Shown: piece by piece, positions 61,701 through 64,000 of the stretch
Layout: each line of letters starts with the position of its first letter
Numbering within the stretch: the stretch's first letter is position 1
NCBI GenBank assembly: GCA_964016885.1
Contig: OZ024748.1
Span: forward strand, 40,300,001-40,364,000
Source: Eledone cirrhosa
Lineage: Eukaryota
Direction: 5' to 3'
Length of the DNA: 64,000 bases
Notes under the pieces: generated by a model
Database searches by the model: none
What the model was told of the DNA's origin: nothing
What the model saw: the letters and a program-made list of their open reading frames with translations, nothing else
Position numbers and translations under genes: made by a program

Positions 61701-64000
61701 ACATATAGATCTTGTATAGACCATACATATAGATCTTGTATAGACCATACATATAGATCTTGTATAGACCATACATATAGATCTTGTATAGACCATAAAT
61801 ATAGATCTTGTATAGACCATACATATAGATCTTGTATAGACCATACATATAGATCTTGTATAGACCATACATATAGATCTTGTATAGATCATACATATAA
61901 ATCTTGTATAGACCATACATATAGATCTTGTATAGACCACACATATATATCTTGTATAGACCATACATATAGATCTTGTGTATAGACCATACATATAGAT
62001 CTTGTATAGATCATACATATAGATCTTGTATATAGACCATACATATAGATCTTGTATATAGACCACACATATAGATCTTGTATAGACCATACATATAGAT
62101 CTTGTATAGACCATACATATAGATCTTGTGTATAGACCACACATATAGATCTTGTATATAGACCATACATATAGATCTTGTATATAGACCACACATATAG
62201 ATCTTGTGTTGACCATACATATAGATCTTGTAAATAGACCATACATATAGATCTTGTGTATAGACCATACATATAGATCTTTTATAGACCATACATATAG
62301 ATCTTGTATAGACCACACATATAGATCTTCTATAGACCACACATATAGATCTTGTATAGACCACACATATAGATCTTGTATATAGACGATACATATAGAT
62401 CTTGTATAGACCATACATATAGATCTTGTATAGACCACACATATACATCTTGTATAGACCATACATATAGATATTGTATAGACCACACATATAGATCTTG
62501 TATATAGACCATACATATAGATCTTGTATAGACCATACATATAGATCTTGTGTATAGACCATACATATACATCTTGTATAGAACATACATATAGATCTTG
62601 TATATAGACCATACATACAGATCTTGTATAGACCATACATATAGATCTTGTATAGACCATACATATAGATCTTGTATAGACCATACATATAGACCTTGTA
62701 TAGACCATACATATAGATCTTGTATAGACCATACATATAGATCTTGTATAGATCATACATATAGATCTTGTATAGACCATACATATAGATCTTGTATAGA
62801 CCACACATATATATCTTGTATAGACCATACATATAGATCTTGTGTATAGACCATACATAGAAGATCTTGTATAGACCATACATATAGATCTTGTATATAG
62901 ACCATACATATAGATCTTGTATAGACCACACATATAGATCTTGTATATAGATCATACATATAGATTTTGTATAGACCACACATATAGATCTTGTATATAG
63001 ACCATACATATAGATCTTGTATAGACCATACATATAGATATTGTATAGACCACACATATAGATCTTGTATATAGACCATACATATAGATCTTGTATAGAC
63101 CATACATATAGATCTTGTTTATAGACCATACATATAAATCTTGTATAGACCATACATATAGATCTTGTGTATAGACGATACATATAGATCTTGTGTATAG
63201 ACCATACATATAGATATTGTATATAGACCACACATATAGATATTGTGTATTGACCATACATATACTTCTTGTATAGACCATACATATAGATCTTGTATAG
63301 ACCATACATATAGATCTTGTATATAGACCATACATATAGATCTTGTATAGACTATACATATAGACCTTGTATATAGACCATACATATAGATCTTGTATAG
63401 ACCATACATATAGATCTTGTATAGACCATACATATAGATCTTGTATAGACCATACATATAGATCTTGTATAGACCATAAATATAGATCTTGTATATAGAC
63501 CATACATATAGATCTTGTATAGACCATACCTATAGATCTTGTATATAGACCATACATATAGATCTTGTATAGACCATACATATAGATCTTGTATATAGAC
63601 CATACATATAGATCTTGTATAGACCATACATATAGATCTTGTATATAGACCATACATATAGATCTTGTATAGACCATACATATAGATCTTGTATATAGAC
63701 CATGCATATAGATCTTGTATAGACCATACATATAGATCTTGTATATAGACCATACATATAGATCTTGTATATAGAACATACATATAGATCTTGTATAGAC
63801 CATACATATAGATCTTGTATAGACCATACATATAGATCTTGTATAGACCATACATATAGATCTTGTATAGACCATACATATAGATCTTGTATAGACCATA
63901 CATATAGATCTTGTATAGGCCATACATATAGATCTTGTATAGACCATACATATAGATCTTGTATAGATCATACATATAAATCTTGTATAGACCATACATA
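10701..64000. repeat. Large tandem satellite of 24/26-bp monomers (TATAGACCAYACATATAGATCTTG, +/- TA/TG/AA), roughly 2,100-2,200 units, continuing beyond the window
   Basis: Uninterrupted head-to-tail repeat in a single orientation, AGATCT in most monomers. Rare variants recur at kb-scale intervals (higher-order repeats). The unit count is a length/period estimate. Confidence 0.99.

Noticed and set aside
10613-63999. Dozens of giant minus-strand ORFs (up to 2655 aa) as protein-coding genes
   Set aside because: They overlap in all three frames, are translations of the 24/26-bp satellite, and switch peptide register at every 2-nt indel, so there is no frame conservation.
10701-64000. CRISPR array
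   Set aside because: No unique spacers, no cas genes, and a eukaryotic context.
10701-64000. Long-unit telomeric repeat
   Set aside because: Not G-rich on one strand, and kb-scale HORs indicate recombinational rather than telomerase origin.

Overview
Repeat-rich eukaryotic DNA. The SINE/RTE families and microsatellite load suggest an octopus-like cephalopod, but that is inferred from remembered sequence and was not searched. Bases 1-10.7 kb are a dense patchwork of decayed transposons: two Tx1/L1-like LINE 3' ends, several RTE LINE pieces, tRNA-derived SINEs, a DD37D (maT) Tc1/mariner remnant, hairpin MITEs and a possible solo LTR, plus a 72-bp minisatellite and microsatellites. Hidden among them are two short + strand candidate exons (4676-4799 and 10371-10425). 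They have canonical splice sites and join in frame into a signal-peptide-bearing, Cys-Cys-containing protein N-terminus. From ~10701 to the window end runs one uninterrupted 24/26-bp satellite (TATAGACCAYACATATAGATCTTG, >53 kb) whose higher-order repeat period changes along the array. If the exons are real, the satellite lies in a giant intron. The huge minus-strand ORFs over the satellite are artefacts of a stop-free repeat strand. A degenerate HDV-like ribozyme fold may sit at the 5' end of an RTE-type leader (3899-3976, minus strand).
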